A stretch of DNA of 64,000 nt from Rebecca billardiae RCC1528. Taxonomy: Eukaryota > Protista > Haptophyta. The stretch is from positions 124,001 to 188,000 of the forward strand of contig OZ251223.1 in the NCBI GenBank assembly GCA_965240325.2, read 5' to 3'. Positions 27,472-38,762 of this stretch are shown piece after piece. Both the position numbers and the translations under genes were made by a program. A model generated the notes under the pieces. That model did no database searches. It was not told where the DNA came from and saw only the letters and a list, made by a program, of their open reading frames with translations. Position 1 is the first letter of the stretch, and each line of letters opens with the position of its first letter.

Positions 27472-29583
27472 ATGCGCGCCGAGCTCCGCGCGCTCGCCCT
27501 CGGCGCCCTGGCGGGCTGGCTCGTCGGGGTCTCGCACACGCCGCTGCGCCACGCTGTATCGCGTCGGTCTGACGTCGCGAGCGGCTGCTCCGTCGTCGCC
27601 GCGCTCGTCGACGGCGGCAGCGGCGGCGCACACGGCACGGCCGCGTCGCAGTGGGCCGCGTCGCACACGTTCTCCTCGGGCGTGCTGGAGACGGCGAACT
27701 GGACGCGGACGTACACGTTCGGCCCGCTCGTGCAGGAGAGGCACTCGGCGCGCGACGGCGTCGCCGCCGCCTGGCCGCCGCTCTTCTCGATGCGCGTGAC
27801 ACGCCACATCCGCCGCGCGGACGGCGGCGGCGACGTCGCGGGCGCGTGCGGCGACGCCTTGCGCATCCGATTCGCCGGCGAGCACGCGCTGTTCGCCCCA
27901 GTCGCGGTGGAGGAGCACGCGCCGCCCGAGTGCGGCGTGTGGACCGCCCGCCTCCGCCCGCCGCCCGTCCTCGCCGGCACGCGCGCCGCCGCCCGTTACG
28001 CCGTCGAGGCGCGACTGTTACACGTGGACGGCGAGGGCATGGCTGACCCGCCTCCGGACATGGGGCTGCTGCGGCGCACGGCGAGCGGCGAGCTGGCGGT
28101 CGTGCCGTGCGACGCGGCGTGCCGCGAGCGCGGCCCGCGCTTCTTCAACGTCGACCTGCGCGTCGCCGGGCTGCTCGAGGTCGTCGCGGCGCCGCGCGGC
28201 GCCGGCACGGCGGGCGAGGCCGCGGCCGCGCGGCCGTGCGCGGAGCGCGGCGGCGTGGACGGCGCTGGCAGCTGGGTGCGCGCGCCCGCGCTCGACCGCG
28301 GGTACGCGCCGTTCGAGGGCGAGCCGTGGGAGTGGGCGCCGTACGACTGTGCGCTCGAGCACAGTCCGGCCCCGCGCCTTGCCGAGTGCGTGCGAGAGCT
28401 GGCCGCGGCGGGCGCCGCGGCGGGCGCCGCGGGCGCCGCGGACGCGGCGCGTGCGCGGCCGGGCGCGCACGCGGACGCGGTGGGCGCAGCCGCCGCCGCC
28501 GCGCCCGAGGCGGCGCTGCCCACGGTGCGATTCGCGGGCGAGTCGACGCTGATGGACGTGTTCCGGCTGTGGCTGCTGCAGCTGCACGACCCCGCGCGCC
28601 GCGGCTTCCACTGGCCGCGCGTCCTCCCCACCGGCTACGCGCCCGCGGGCAGCGCGGACCTGATGCGCGACCTGATGAATCAGAACAAGGCCGCGCTGGC
28701 GGCGGGCGTGGCGCGCGCGCTCGGCGCGAGCGAGCACCACTCGACGCGCGTGCTGCTGGACGAGCTGGCGCGCGCGGGCGCGGCGCGCGCGTCCGCCGCG
28801 CGCGCGGCGCACCTCCCGCGCCTCGTCGTCCCCGCCGAGGGCGCGTTCGCCGGACGGCCGCTCGACCCGTCGCCTCTGCTGGCGCGCGGCGCGCTCGTGC
28901 TCTCGCAGGCGCACAACGAGGCGATGCGGCTGCCCGCCGCGGAGACGGCGGCGAACCTGCGCGTGCTCGGCGAGGTGCTGCGCGCGCTCGCCGACGCGCG
29001 GCCGGCGCTGCGCATCGTGTGGGTCACCGGCCCGCCGCGCCACTACAAGGAGCCGCGCTCGCCCGGCCACACCGAGTGCCTCCAAGGCCGCGCGCCCAAC
29101 ACCACGCGCGGCTGCGGGGCGCCTGACCAGCGCTCCGCGCTGTGCGACGCGCGGCCGCCGCCGCGGCTGGGCGCGGCGGGCGCGCTCGGCCGGCCGCGCT
29201 GCCCCACCTACGCCGCGCCGCCGCGCACCGGCTTCGCGCCGCTCTTCCACAACACGTACCCGCGCGTGCGCGCCGCCAACGCCGCCGCGCTCGCCACCCT
29301 GCGCGCCGCGCTCGGCGCGCGGCTCTCTGTGATCGACTACTTCGCCATCGCAGACCCGCTGGGGCCGGAGCACTCGGCGGATGGCGTGCACTGGATCTGT
29401 GGCGACGAGGGCGAGGCGGTGCTGCGCAACGTGAGCGGCGGATGCCGCTCGCTCGCGAACGCGGCCGTGGCGAATGCGCTCGCCGCCGTGGTCTGCCCGC
29501 CGTCATCCGCGCCTCAGGCGAGCGCAGGCGCGGCGGACGTCAGCGACGAGCAGACGGCGGGCTCTGCGCCGGCGGGCTCCTGA
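27472..29583 (+). CDS. SGNH-fold PC-esterase/TBL/NXPE-like acyltransferase or esterase with an N-terminal signal anchor
   Basis: Hydrophobic N-terminus, WEWAPYDC (TBL-like W.W.P..C), VRFAGEST (GDS variant, 28537-28545) and DGVHW (DxxH, 29380-29391). Confidence 0.65.
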   Translation: MRAELRALALGALAGWLVGVSHTPLRHAVSRRSDVASGCSVVAALVDGGSGGAHGTAASQWAASHTFSSGVLETANWTRTYTFGPLVQERHSARDGVAAAWPPLFSMRVTRHIRRADGGGDVAGACGDALRIRFAGEHALFAPVAVEEHAPPECGVWTARLRPPPVLAGTRAAARYAVEARLLHVDGEGMADPPPDMGLLRRTASGELAVVPCDAACRERGPRFFNVDLRVAGLLEVVAAPRGAGTAGEAAAARPCAERGGVDGAGSWVRAPALDRGYAPFEGEPWEWAPYDCALEHSPAPRLAECVRELAAAGAAAGAAGAADAARARPGAHADAVGAAAAAAPEAALPTVRFAGESTLMDVFRLWLLQLHDPARRGFHWPRVLPTGYAPAGSADLMRDLMNQNKAALAAGVARALGASEHHSTRVLLDELARAGAARASAARAAHLPRLVVPAEGAFAGRPLDPSPLLARGALVLSQAHNEAMRLPAAETAANLRVLGEVLRALADARPALRIVWVTGPPRHYKEPRSPGHTECLQGRAPNTTRGCGAPDQRSALCDARPPPRLGAAGALGRPRCPTYAAPPRTGFAPLFHNTYPRVRAANAAALATLRAALGARLSVIDYFAIADPLGPEHSADGVHWICGDEGEAVLRNVSGGCRSLANAAVANALAAVVCPPSSAPQASAGAADVSDEQTAGSAPAGS

Positions 29584-29975
29584 CATCAGTGTCAGCTCGT
29601 CGTCGTGATGATATGAACAGCATAGGGTACGATGCAAGTCGTCTGCTAAGAGGCGGATGGTGGCCTGCCTGCTGCAGCTGCTCGTCAGCAGCACCGCCCT
29701 ACGTACGTACGCCACTATATGCGCTATTATGTTGCGCTGACATGCGCGCGCATCGGCATGCGCATTGTTCGACGTGCCATCGTCGTCATCGCCCATCGCC
29801 GATCGCGTCGGTCGCACCGCGTCGTTGGCGTTGACGACACTTGCACGCACCGATAACTACGGCTGCCGTAGCGTGGTCGTACACTCGTACATACGAGACG
29901 CCGCGCGTTGCCATCAGCCGAGCAGCCCGCCGAGTCGTCAGCAGCCGTCGGCTCAGCATGCGCTGCTCGCCTGCG

Positions 29976-32093
29976 TCAGCTGCCAGCAGCGGCCGCGAGC
30001 CCGGCGGCGAGGGGCGCGAGCGGCGTCAGCGGGCGCGGCGCGCCCGGCGATGCGGACGCCGCCGACGCAAGGGCTTGCCGCGCCGACTCGGGCGACGGCG
30101 AGGTGACGACGAGTGTGCCGGCGGCCGCCGCAGCGCCCGCGCCGCCCAGCCCCGCCGCGCCGCCCTCCACAGCGCCGAGCTCGGCGTCCCCGCCGCCCGG
30201 CGGCATGGCGGCGCGCGCCCACCGCGCCACGTCCTCGTGCTGGCCCTTCTCAGCCGCGACGAGCGCCGACGCCCAATCGACGGGCGCGCCGTGCGCCGCG
30301 AGCCACTGGCAGGCCTCGAGCTGGCCGGCGCGCGCGGCGCGGACGCACACGGCCGCGCCCCACTCGCGCGGGTGCAGCGCGCCGCGCTCGGCCACGAGCG
30401 CGCGCAGCACGCGCACGTGCCCGCCGCGCGCGGCGAGCGCGGCGCACGCGCGCGCGTCGTGCGCGCAGCCGCGCTCCAGACACCAGCGCAGCACATTCAC
30501 AAAGCCACCGCGCGCGGCCGCGGCGGCGGTGCGCGCGTCCCACGGGCACGGCGGTCGGAGGTGCTCGCGCAGCTCGCGCAGCGCGGCGAGGTGCCCGCCC
30601 TCGGCCGCGCGCGCGCACGCGTCCGCGCGCCACTCGCACCGCGCGCCCAGCTCGGCCGCGAGCCAGCGCACCATCCGCACACTGCCTGTGCCCGCCGCGG
30701 CGGTGCAGGTGGCGCCGTCGACAGCGCAGCCCGCGCGCACGAGCCAGCGCAGCGCGTCGAGGCGTCCGTGGCGCGCGGCCTCGGCGGTGGTCTGCGCGGA
30801 CCACGCGGCGGGCGGCTGCGGCTCGGCGCGCAGGAAGCGCAGCACCTCCACGTGCCCCGCCGCCGCCGCGTTCGCCGCCGCCTGCGAGCTGAGTGGACAG
30901 CCGCGCTCGAGGTGCGCCCAGCGCAGCACGTGGACGTGCCCGCCCTTGGCCGCGGCCGCGCACGTCATCGAGTCCCACTCGCAGTGGCGCTCGACGCGGA
31001 GGTAGCGCAGGCACTCGACCGAGCCGCCCGCCGCCGCGTTCGTGCACGCCGCGAGCGAGAGCGGGCACCCCTGCTCCACCGCGTGCCGCAGCAGCTCGAG
31101 GTGGCCACCGCGCGCCGCGCACGCGGGCGTGAGGTGATCCCAAGGGCAGGGCGGGCGCTGGGCGCGCGCAAACTGCAGCGCGGCGAGGTGGCCGCCCTCC
31201 GCGGCGTAGGTGCACGTCCACGCGTCCCACGGCAGCGCCGGCGAGCACTCGAGCCGCGCCCAGCGCAGCGCCTCCACCCGCCCCTCGCGCGCCAGGTGCG
31301 CGCACACCCACGTGTCCACAGGACAGCGGCCGCCCTCGACGAGATAGCGCACGAGATCGAGGTGGCCCGCGCGCGCCGCCTGCGCGGCCGGCTCGGCGGT
31401 GCGCGGGCAGCCCGCGTCGATGGCGTAGCGGCACACGTCGAGGTGGCCCGCCTTCGCCGCGGCGGTCAGCGCGTGCTCGTCCCACGGGCACCCCCGCTCG
31501 CGCAGCCACCGCAGCAGCGGCAGATGGCCACCCTTGGCGGCGCACGCGCACGCGAGCGGGGACCACGGGCACGGCGGCTCCTGCGCGCGCAGCCACTCGC
31601 ACACGCCGAGGTGGCCGAAGCGCGCGGCCGCGGCGAGCACCTCGGGCCCCCACGCGTGGCCCTGCGCGCGCGCCCACACGAGCGCGTCCAGGCAGCCATC
31701 CTCCGCCGCGAGCTGGCACAGGTGCACTGGGCTCCAGCCGGCTGAGGTCGCCCACTCCACGCTGTGCGCCGAGGCGAGGAAGTGGCGCGCGCGCGTGTGG
31801 AAGCGGGGCACGGCCGGCGCCGAGCCGGCCTCGCCACTCCCGCCGCCGCCGCCGCCGCCGTCGCCGCCGTCCTCGTCGTCGCCGCCGCCGCCCGCGCGCC
31901 GCCGCTCCGCGACCGTGCGGCGGAGCGCCGTGCACGTGAGCGCGGCGGCAAAGGCCGAGCCGTCGTCGATGTGCGCAGCGACCAGCGCGAGCGCGTCGGC
32001 GCCGATGTGCGTGAGCGTCAGCGCGCTCGCGCTCGCCGACGTCGACGCCGCAGCCGCGCGCTGCTCCGCCAGCGCCGCACTCGCCGCCGCCAT
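29976..32093 (-). CDS. Ankyrin-repeat protein of the 'CPWD..TC..AA..GHL' type with an F-box-like N-terminus
   Basis: More than 15 repeats such as CPWDEHALTAAAKAGHLDVCRYA and LPWDAWTCTYAAEGGHLAALQFA. N-terminal LTHIGADALALVAAHI...ALTCTALR. Confidence 0.85.
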   Translation of the reverse strand: MAAASAALAEQRAAAASTSASASALTLTHIGADALALVAAHIDDGSAFAAALTCTALRRTVAERRRAGGGGDDEDGGDGGGGGGGSGEAGSAPAVPRFHTRARHFLASAHSVEWATSAGWSPVHLCQLAAEDGCLDALVWARAQGHAWGPEVLAAAARFGHLGVCEWLRAQEPPCPWSPLACACAAKGGHLPLLRWLRERGCPWDEHALTAAAKAGHLDVCRYAIDAGCPRTAEPAAQAARAGHLDLVRYLVEGGRCPVDTWVCAHLAREGRVEALRWARLECSPALPWDAWTCTYAAEGGHLAALQFARAQRPPCPWDHLTPACAARGGHLELLRHAVEQGCPLSLAACTNAAAGGSVECLRYLRVERHCEWDSMTCAAAAKGGHVHVLRWAHLERGCPLSSQAAANAAAAGHVEVLRFLRAEPQPPAAWSAQTTAEAARHGRLDALRWLVRAGCAVDGATCTAAAGTGSVRMVRWLAAELGARCEWRADACARAAEGGHLAALRELREHLRPPCPWDARTAAAAARGGFVNVLRWCLERGCAHDARACAALAARGGHVRVLRALVAERGALHPREWGAAVCVRAARAGQLEACQWLAAHGAPVDWASALVAAEKGQHEDVARWARAAMPPGGGDAELGAVEGGAAGLGGAGAAAAAGTLVVTSPSPESARQALASAASASPGAPRPLTPLAPLAAGLAAAAGS

Positions 32094-32313
32094 CTTGCTT
32101 GCGCTCGGCCGTCGGGTGGAAACCGAACAGGCTCGTGGCGCTGGCGAGCGGAGGCGGCGGCGGGGGCCGGCCACGCCGGCTGCCGGAGAACGAAACCCAC
32201 GGCCGCAAAGCTTGCAAACCGTCGAAAGGGCCGACGCCGCCGCGCCGAAATGCAAACCCGAGACCGCGCAGCGCCGCCGCCGCTTCGCCTGAACTGTCGC
32301 TCGGCGCCGCGCG

Positions 32314-34103
32314 ATGCTCGTCGGCGGCCACATCCTCGCGCTCGCCCTCGGAGGGCTCGGCGCGAGCGGACGGAACGCCTCGTCCACCTACATCGTCTCG
32401 TGGCGCACCAACGAGCAAGCCGGACCCGCCGCGCTCGACATGCTCGCCGCGCGCGCGCCCTCGGGCTCTGTCGCCGTCAAGGCCAAGCTGGCGCACGTTC
32501 TCAAGGGCTTCATCGCCGAGCTCACGCCGGCGGGGCGTGACTTCTTGAAGCGGCAGCCCGGCTTGCTCGTGGAGAAGGACGGCATGGCCCACGCCGCCCT
32601 CCCCGTGCCGCACCACCCCGCGGGCCGCGCGGCGCACGCCGCGATGGCGGGGCGCGTGGCGCGCAAGGCGGCTGCCAAGCGCGGGCACATGGCCGCCGTG
32701 CACCGCGTGTTCGACGCGGGGGTCGGGCGCGTCGCGACGGAGGCGCCCACGCCGTGGGGCCTCGACCGCCTCGACCAGCCCGACCTGCCCCTCGACCACG
32801 CGTACACCCCCGCCGTGCCCGCGCACGGCGTCCACCTCTATGTTCTAGACACCGGTGCGGCCGCGGACGGCCGAGCCGCGCGGGGAGAAGGCGCGGGCGT
32901 GGCGCGCTCGCGCACGCGCGGCCGCACGGTGCGCGCATGGCTGACTGCGACCCACTGCCCCCCCCCCCCCCCCCCCTTAGGGCTGCGCGAGTCGCACGTC
33001 GAGTTTGCGGGGCGCGTGTCCCTCGGCTGGGCGCCCGCCGGGCACGCGACCAACGACGACGTCAACGGCCATGGCACGCACTGCGCGGGCTCGGCGGCGG
33101 GCGCGTCGTACGGCGCGTCGGCCGGGGCGATCGTGCACGGCGTGAAGGTGCTCGACGACTCCGGCTCGGGCGCGTGGTCCGACATCATCGAGGGCATGGA
33201 GCACGTCGCGGCGCACGGCGAGCGTCCGGCAGTCGTCTCGATGTCCCTCGGCGGTGAGCCGTCGCCGTCCATCGACGCGGCGGTGCAGAGCTTGGTGGAG
33301 TCGGGCGTGGCGGTGGTGGTCGCCGCGGGGAACGAGTCGGACGACGCGTGCAACTACTCGCCCGCGCGTGCGCCCGGCGCGATCACCGTCGGCTCCTCCA
33401 CCCGGGCCGACGCCGCCTCCTCCTTCTCCAACTACGGGCCATGCGTCGACCTCTTCGCGCCCGGCTCCGAGATTGAATCTGCCCACAGCGGCTCCGACAC
33501 GGCCGCTGCCGTGCTGTCCGGCACGTCGATGGCGGCGCCGCACGTGGCGGGCGTGGCGGCGCAGCTGCTCGCCGTCGACCCCGCGCGCACCCCCGCGCAG
33601 CTGCGCGCGCTGCTCCGCGCGAGTGCTGCGGTGGGCAGGCTGAGCAATGCCGAGGGCATCGCGCCTGAGCCCAACCTGCTGCTGCAGGCGTACGACGGCC
33701 CGCCGCTGCCCGCGCCGCCGCCGAGCCCGCCCGCACCGCCGAGCGCACCGCCTGCGCCGCCGGCGTCGCCGCCGGCGCCACCACCCAGCCCGCCGCCGCC
33801 CAGCCCGCCGTGCACCTCCGGCGCGTACGTCGAGCTCGAGCTCCACCCGGACTCGTACCCGGACGAGACGACCTGGGAGCTGCTGCGCTGGCGGAGCGAC
33901 GGCTCGGCGCGCGCCGAGCTCGCGGGCGGCGCGGTTGGCTTCTCGAAGGTGTGCGTGCCCGCGGGCGACCTGGACTTCACGATCCGTGACAGCTTCGGCG
34001 ACGGCACCGGCGCGTACACGCTCCGCGTCAACGGCGACGTGCTCGTCAGCGGCGGCGACTTCGCCTACGAGGAGACGACACGCGTGTGGATCCGAGCCGC
34101 CGC

Positions 34104-34140
<37 letters not shown>

Positions 34141-34581
34141 CCGCCGCCGCGCGCCGCGTGCGCCAGTGGCACGCTCGTGCGCGTCACCGTGGCGCCCGAC
34201 CAGTTCCGCGAGGAGACCAGCTACGAGCTGCGCAACGCGGCCGAGCCGGGCGCCATCGTGCTCGAGGACGGCAGCACTTCCAGCGCAGAGTGCCTGCCTC
34301 CGGGCGAGTACCGCTACACCTTCTACGACGCGTATGGCGACGGCATCTGCTGCGAGTACGGGTACGGGCGGTACGAGATCTCGGTGGGCGGGAAGGTGGT
34401 GGCGTCGGGCGGCGAGTTCGCCCTCGAGGAGTCGGGCGCGTTCACCGTGCCGGGCGAGGTCGCGTCGGTGTGCCAGAACCGCAAGCGCGACAGGTGGTGC
34501 ATGCGCAGGGCCGACCGCTGCAGCACGCACCGCAACTTCCGCGAGAACAAGTGCCCCAAGACGTGCGGCGAGTGCGAGTGA
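32314..34581 (+). CDS. Secreted subtilisin-like S8 (proteinase K-type) protease: I9 prodomain, catalytic domain, Pro-rich linker, two PD.YP.ET beta-modules, ShK domain. In-frame intron 32855-32980
   Basis: Signal peptide, PWGLDRLDQ and the catalytic triad LDTG / HGTH / GTSMAAPHVAG, with oxyanion AAGN. C-terminal six-Cys module ends CPKTCGEC. The 126-nt GTGCG...TTAG intron interrupts the DTG codon. Confidence 0.92.
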
Positions 34582-34827
34582 GCGCGGACGGCGCGTGCGG
34601 GTACACGCTCCGCACCGTCAGGGGAGCTCCGTGCGAGACTCTCACGGCACGACCGCCGCCATCCTTCTGATGATCGATCGAGACCGCTCATCAGATAGAT
34701 TTCGATGCTGGAAAAAGCATGACGCGTGTTTTACCGCCTTTTATATCGCTGGCGGGAGAGAGGCCGGAACTGCGCGCCCCGCTCGCCAGCCTCCAGCCGG
34801 CAAGAGGAACTCGGCCGCCTGATTACG

Positions 34828-35929
34828 ATGTCGACCTCCCAGTCCGCCAAGCGGCAGCGCGACAGTGGCGACGCCGGCTCCGCGCTGGCGCCGAATGTGC
34901 ACGTGACGGAGCACCCGCTCATCCTGCACAAGGTAGGTAGCCTCCTGAGCCCGGCGAGCGCCGCCCCTCGCCCTCGCGTCAGAGCCCGAGCTGACGTGTC
35001 GCGCGGCGCGGTGTGCTGCGCAGGTCACGCAGCTGCGCCAGGCGTCGCTCAGCTCGCGCGAGTACCAGCAGCTGATGAAGGAGATCAGCATGCTGGTGCT
35101 GTACGAGGCGACTCGCGACCTCCCCGTCGGCCCCACCAACATCCTCACCTCCGAGGCCGGCGAGAAGTGCAGGCGCACCGGCTCGGAGGTGTCGGATCGG
35201 CTGGGCGTGGTGCCCGTGCTGCGCGGAGGGCTGGGCATGGCGGAGGCGGCGATGGAGCTGCTGCCGTCGTCGCAGGTGTGGCACCTGGGGATCTACCGCG
35301 ACAAGGCGTCGCTGCTCCCCGTCGAGTACTACAACAAGCTGCCAAAGAGCGTGTCTGTGGACCAGGTGCGCCCTGCAGCTCACTAGCGCACCAACCGCCC
35401 GCACCCGGGGTGTGCTTGCCCCGCGCCCCGCGCGAGGCTGCTTGGGGTACTCGTCTCGACGACTCCGGCGGATTGCCCGCCCGCGTGCTGTTGCGTGCGC
35501 ATGTGCCTCTCAATGCCACGGCGAGCGGGCGCGGCGCGCGCGGGGCGTGCGGCCGCGCAGCACCGTCCGTGAGCGCGCACGCGCCGCGCCCGCTCGGCGC
35601 TCACGCCGAGCCGGGCGCACCGCGCACCGCGCGCGTGCGCGACCTGCGCTCGGCGACGGTGCACGCAGGTGTACGTGCTCGACCCGATGCCGATCTCGGG
35701 GCACACCGCCGTCGCGGCCATCGACATCATCAAGGCGTGGGGCGCATCCTCCAGCAGACCGTTTGGCGTCAAGCTGCTCTGCCTGGCCGCGACCTCGGAC
35801 GCGCTCAAGCTGCTGGGCGAGTGCCACCCGGACGTGCCGCTACACATCGGCGTCGTCGACGACGATAGCTCCGCGCCGCTGATGCCCAGCCTGGGCGACG
35901 TTGGCGACCGACTATACAACACGTTCTGA
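34828..35929 (+). CDS. upp: Uracil phosphoribosyltransferase-like protein, 235 aa. Exons 34828-34932, 35024-35365, 35669-35929
   Basis: HPLILHKVTQLR, YEATRDLP, VPVLRGGLGM, HLGIYRD...PVEYYNKLP, VLDPM and PSLGDVGDRLYNT. Two phase-0 GT-AG introns. Confidence 0.88.
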
Positions 35930-36364
35930 TGATGCCGCGTGCGCGAGTCTAGTGCGCGACGATGCGGCGTTCTGCCAGAGCCTAACTATGTGCAGTATGT
36001 TACAGAGTGCAGCGCCATGTGGCATACCGGCAACCGGTGGCGGCTGATGTGTCTCAGCGGCGACGCCACTCTGAGCACTGAGGCGCGCTAACCAGTTATT
36101 GCCACAATGCTCTGACTCGCAACGGTGCTGCCAGATTGTGCACAGTCAGGCCGTGCAGGCTACGTCTTACTGTAGTCTACAATACTGTAGTCTACAATAC
36201 TACTACTAGTATTGTCAGAGTATCGCATCAGACGACGATTCCGCGAACGACTCAATAAGGGCGAGGAAGGCCGGGAAGACGGGCGGAAGGTGCCCGAAGC
36301 CGCGTGCATGCGCCACGGGCAACGCGCGCGGGAGAAGCAGCGCATCCTCGCGCGTGCAATCATC

Positions 36365-37564
36365 ATGACGCCTGCACTCGCGCTCCTCGCGAGCCTGGCG
36401 CTCGTCTCCCGAGCGCCGGCGCACGGTGGTGTGCGTAGCGTCCGCCAGCGTCCGACACCGTCGTCCACCGTGCGCATGGGCGGGGCGGGCGCCATGCGCA
36501 AGCTGCCTCTGAGCAGCGCGTGTGACATCGCCGTCTCCGAGTGCTGCCTGGGCACGATGACGTGGGGCAGCCAGAACACGGATGACGAGGCGTACGAGCA
36601 GCTCGAGCTGGCGTGGGACGCCGGTGTGAATTTCCTCGACACCGCCGAGGGCTACCCCATCCCGATGAACGCCGAGACCCAGGGCCGGACCGACGCGGCG
36701 ATCGCGGCGTGGATGAAAAAGTCGAAGCGGCCGCGCGACTCCGTCATCCTCGCCACCAAGGTGTGCGGGTACAACGACCGCTTCACCTGGTTCCGCGACG
36801 GCCCGACGCGCGTGAGCGAGGCCCAGATCACCGCCTCCGTCGACGCCTCCCTCCGCCGCCTCGGCACCGACCACATCGACCTGCTGCAGGTCCACTGGCC
36901 GGACCGGTACGTGCCGCTGTTCGGCTCCACGCGGTACGACCCGTCCAAGGAGCGGCCGGACGAGGTGCCGTTCGAGGAGCAGGCGAGGGCGATGGGCGCG
37001 CTGATCGAGGCGGGCAAGGTGCGCGCGTGGGGGCTGAGCAACGAGACCCCGTACGGCGTGTGCGAGTTCGCCAAGGTGTGCGAGCAGCTGGGCGTGCCGC
37101 CGCCCGTCTCTGTGCAGAACAGCTACTCACTGCTGCAGCGCTCGGACGAGACCGGGCTGGTCGAGGCGATGCGCAGGCACGACGTGGGGTACCTGCCCTA
37201 CTCGCCGCTGTCCGCGGGCGTCCTCTCGAACAAGTACGCGTCCGGAGCGCCGGCGGGCTCGCGGCTCGGCCTCTTCCCCGGCTACCTCGATCGGTATCTG
37301 GGCACGAGCGCGCCCGCAGCCGTCGCAGCGTACTCGGACGTGGCCGCCAAGTTTGGCCTCACGCCGTCGGCGTTCGCCATCGCGTTCTGCAGGTCGCGGG
37401 ATTTCGTCACATCCACCATCATCGGCGCCACGAGCACGCAGCAGCTCCAGGACAACCTCAACGGCTTCGCCGCCGAGTGGACGCCCGAGATGGAGGAGGA
37501 GGTGGAGCGCATCTTCGCCACCTATCCGGACCCGTGGCGCATGCAGGTGCGCGACGGCGGCTGA
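36365..37564 (+). CDS. tas: Tas-like aldo-keto reductase, probably plastid-targeted (bipartite presequence)
   Basis: CLGTMTWG, NFLDTAEGYP, LATKV, SLRRLGTDHIDLLQVHWPDRYVP, GKVRAWGLSNETPYG, QNSYSLL, YSPLSAGVLS and IIGATS. Hydrophobic signal followed by an S/R-rich transit peptide ending VRM. Confidence 0.9.
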   Translation: MTPALALLASLALVSRAPAHGGVRSVRQRPTPSSTVRMGGAGAMRKLPLSSACDIAVSECCLGTMTWGSQNTDDEAYEQLELAWDAGVNFLDTAEGYPIPMNAETQGRTDAAIAAWMKKSKRPRDSVILATKVCGYNDRFTWFRDGPTRVSEAQITASVDASLRRLGTDHIDLLQVHWPDRYVPLFGSTRYDPSKERPDEVPFEEQARAMGALIEAGKVRAWGLSNETPYGVCEFAKVCEQLGVPPPVSVQNSYSLLQRSDETGLVEAMRRHDVGYLPYSPLSAGVLSNKYASGAPAGSRLGLFPGYLDRYLGTSAPAAVAAYSDVAAKFGLTPSAFAIAFCRSRDFVTSTIIGATSTQQLQDNLNGFAAEWTPEMEEEVERIFATYPDPWRMQVRDGG

Positions 37565-38762
37565 TCATAATTTATAATGTAGTCATCGTTTATGGACTAG
37601 CTGCTCTGACGACATGGTGATGAAGTGATATGATGATGAATGAGCGCGGAGTCCATCACAGCGAGACTCTTAGGCGGAGTGGTAGCTAAATTATAATATC
37701 GTAGTTATTCGTATTATCATATATTATATATATATATGATGCTATATCGAGTCCATCATCAATAATATCGTCAGCATCGTCGTGATGATATATCCGGGCA
37801 TATCTGCTGATCCGCCGATCGTCGACATCATCTGTGAGTCTCGTCCGGTCCGTGAATGAACGGTTAGTTCACGGTGGTCTATAGCTAGCTGACTGCTGTC
37901 GCTGAGTCGCAGAGTGAGTCAGACTCAGTCTCAGAGTCGGAGTCTCACTCTCAGCACGACAGCACGTTGACATGCACTCGGACGACGCCGAGTTTTTCGT
38001 CGTCGTCGGTTCGAGTCACGAGGGGCGGGGTTCTGCGGCGGCCTTCCGACCGACCGACGGCAGCAGACGCAGTTCCGCGACGCCGACCGTTGACGTACGA
38101 CTGTGACGACTTGATCGATACGATGACGACATTTTTCTGTCGTCCGTTCGACGGCGGTCGTCGTCAACGTTGGATCGTATTACTATTCGTAAATTGAGCA
38201 GTCTCAGTAGTAGTATAGCCAGTAGTCTGACTTCGCTGACTTCGGCCCCATATTATTATTATAATCGTCCGCGACACGATGCGGCTTATATCCGCTTATC
38301 ATCACCCAGCCCGACTGGGCGACTGGCCCGCGACCGCGTCACAGACGTTTAGTGCCACTCACTTACACTTACACGTACTACGTGGGCCCGTCATCAGTGC
38401 CCACTGATCACCCTGACGATCGACTAGCAGTGGCGTTCACCACTGCCGAGTGACCACGGTCGCCGTGATGGCGACTGCTGGGCACTGACTGTCAGTGTCA
38501 CTGAGACTAAGCTAGAGTCGTCACTGCTCTGATTAGGAGACTGCTCCCCGCCGCGGCCGAGCCATCGTCCATCGAGCGTTCAGTCAGTACTACTTCAGTG
38601 GGCAGCGCCGCGCGTTCTGACTTCTGTCGTACACTCACGCTAGTCAGTCACTTGTACCGGTACTCGGTAGAGCCATCGCAGGCCACGCACGGCGCAGCCG
38701 GCAGCGACCGGCCGCGCGCGCGGCCCGCCCTCTACGCCAGCTCACCCACCCACCCCGCCGCG

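Noticed and set aside
32958-32976. C19 run read as poly-Pro in the subtilase ORF
   Set aside because: It lies inside the inferred intron just before the TTAG acceptor
37955-38185. Possible degenerate MITE (ACGTTGAC ... GTCAACGT with internal CGACG/CGTCG hairpins)
   Set aside because: The inverted match is only ~8 bp and there is no convincing target-site duplication
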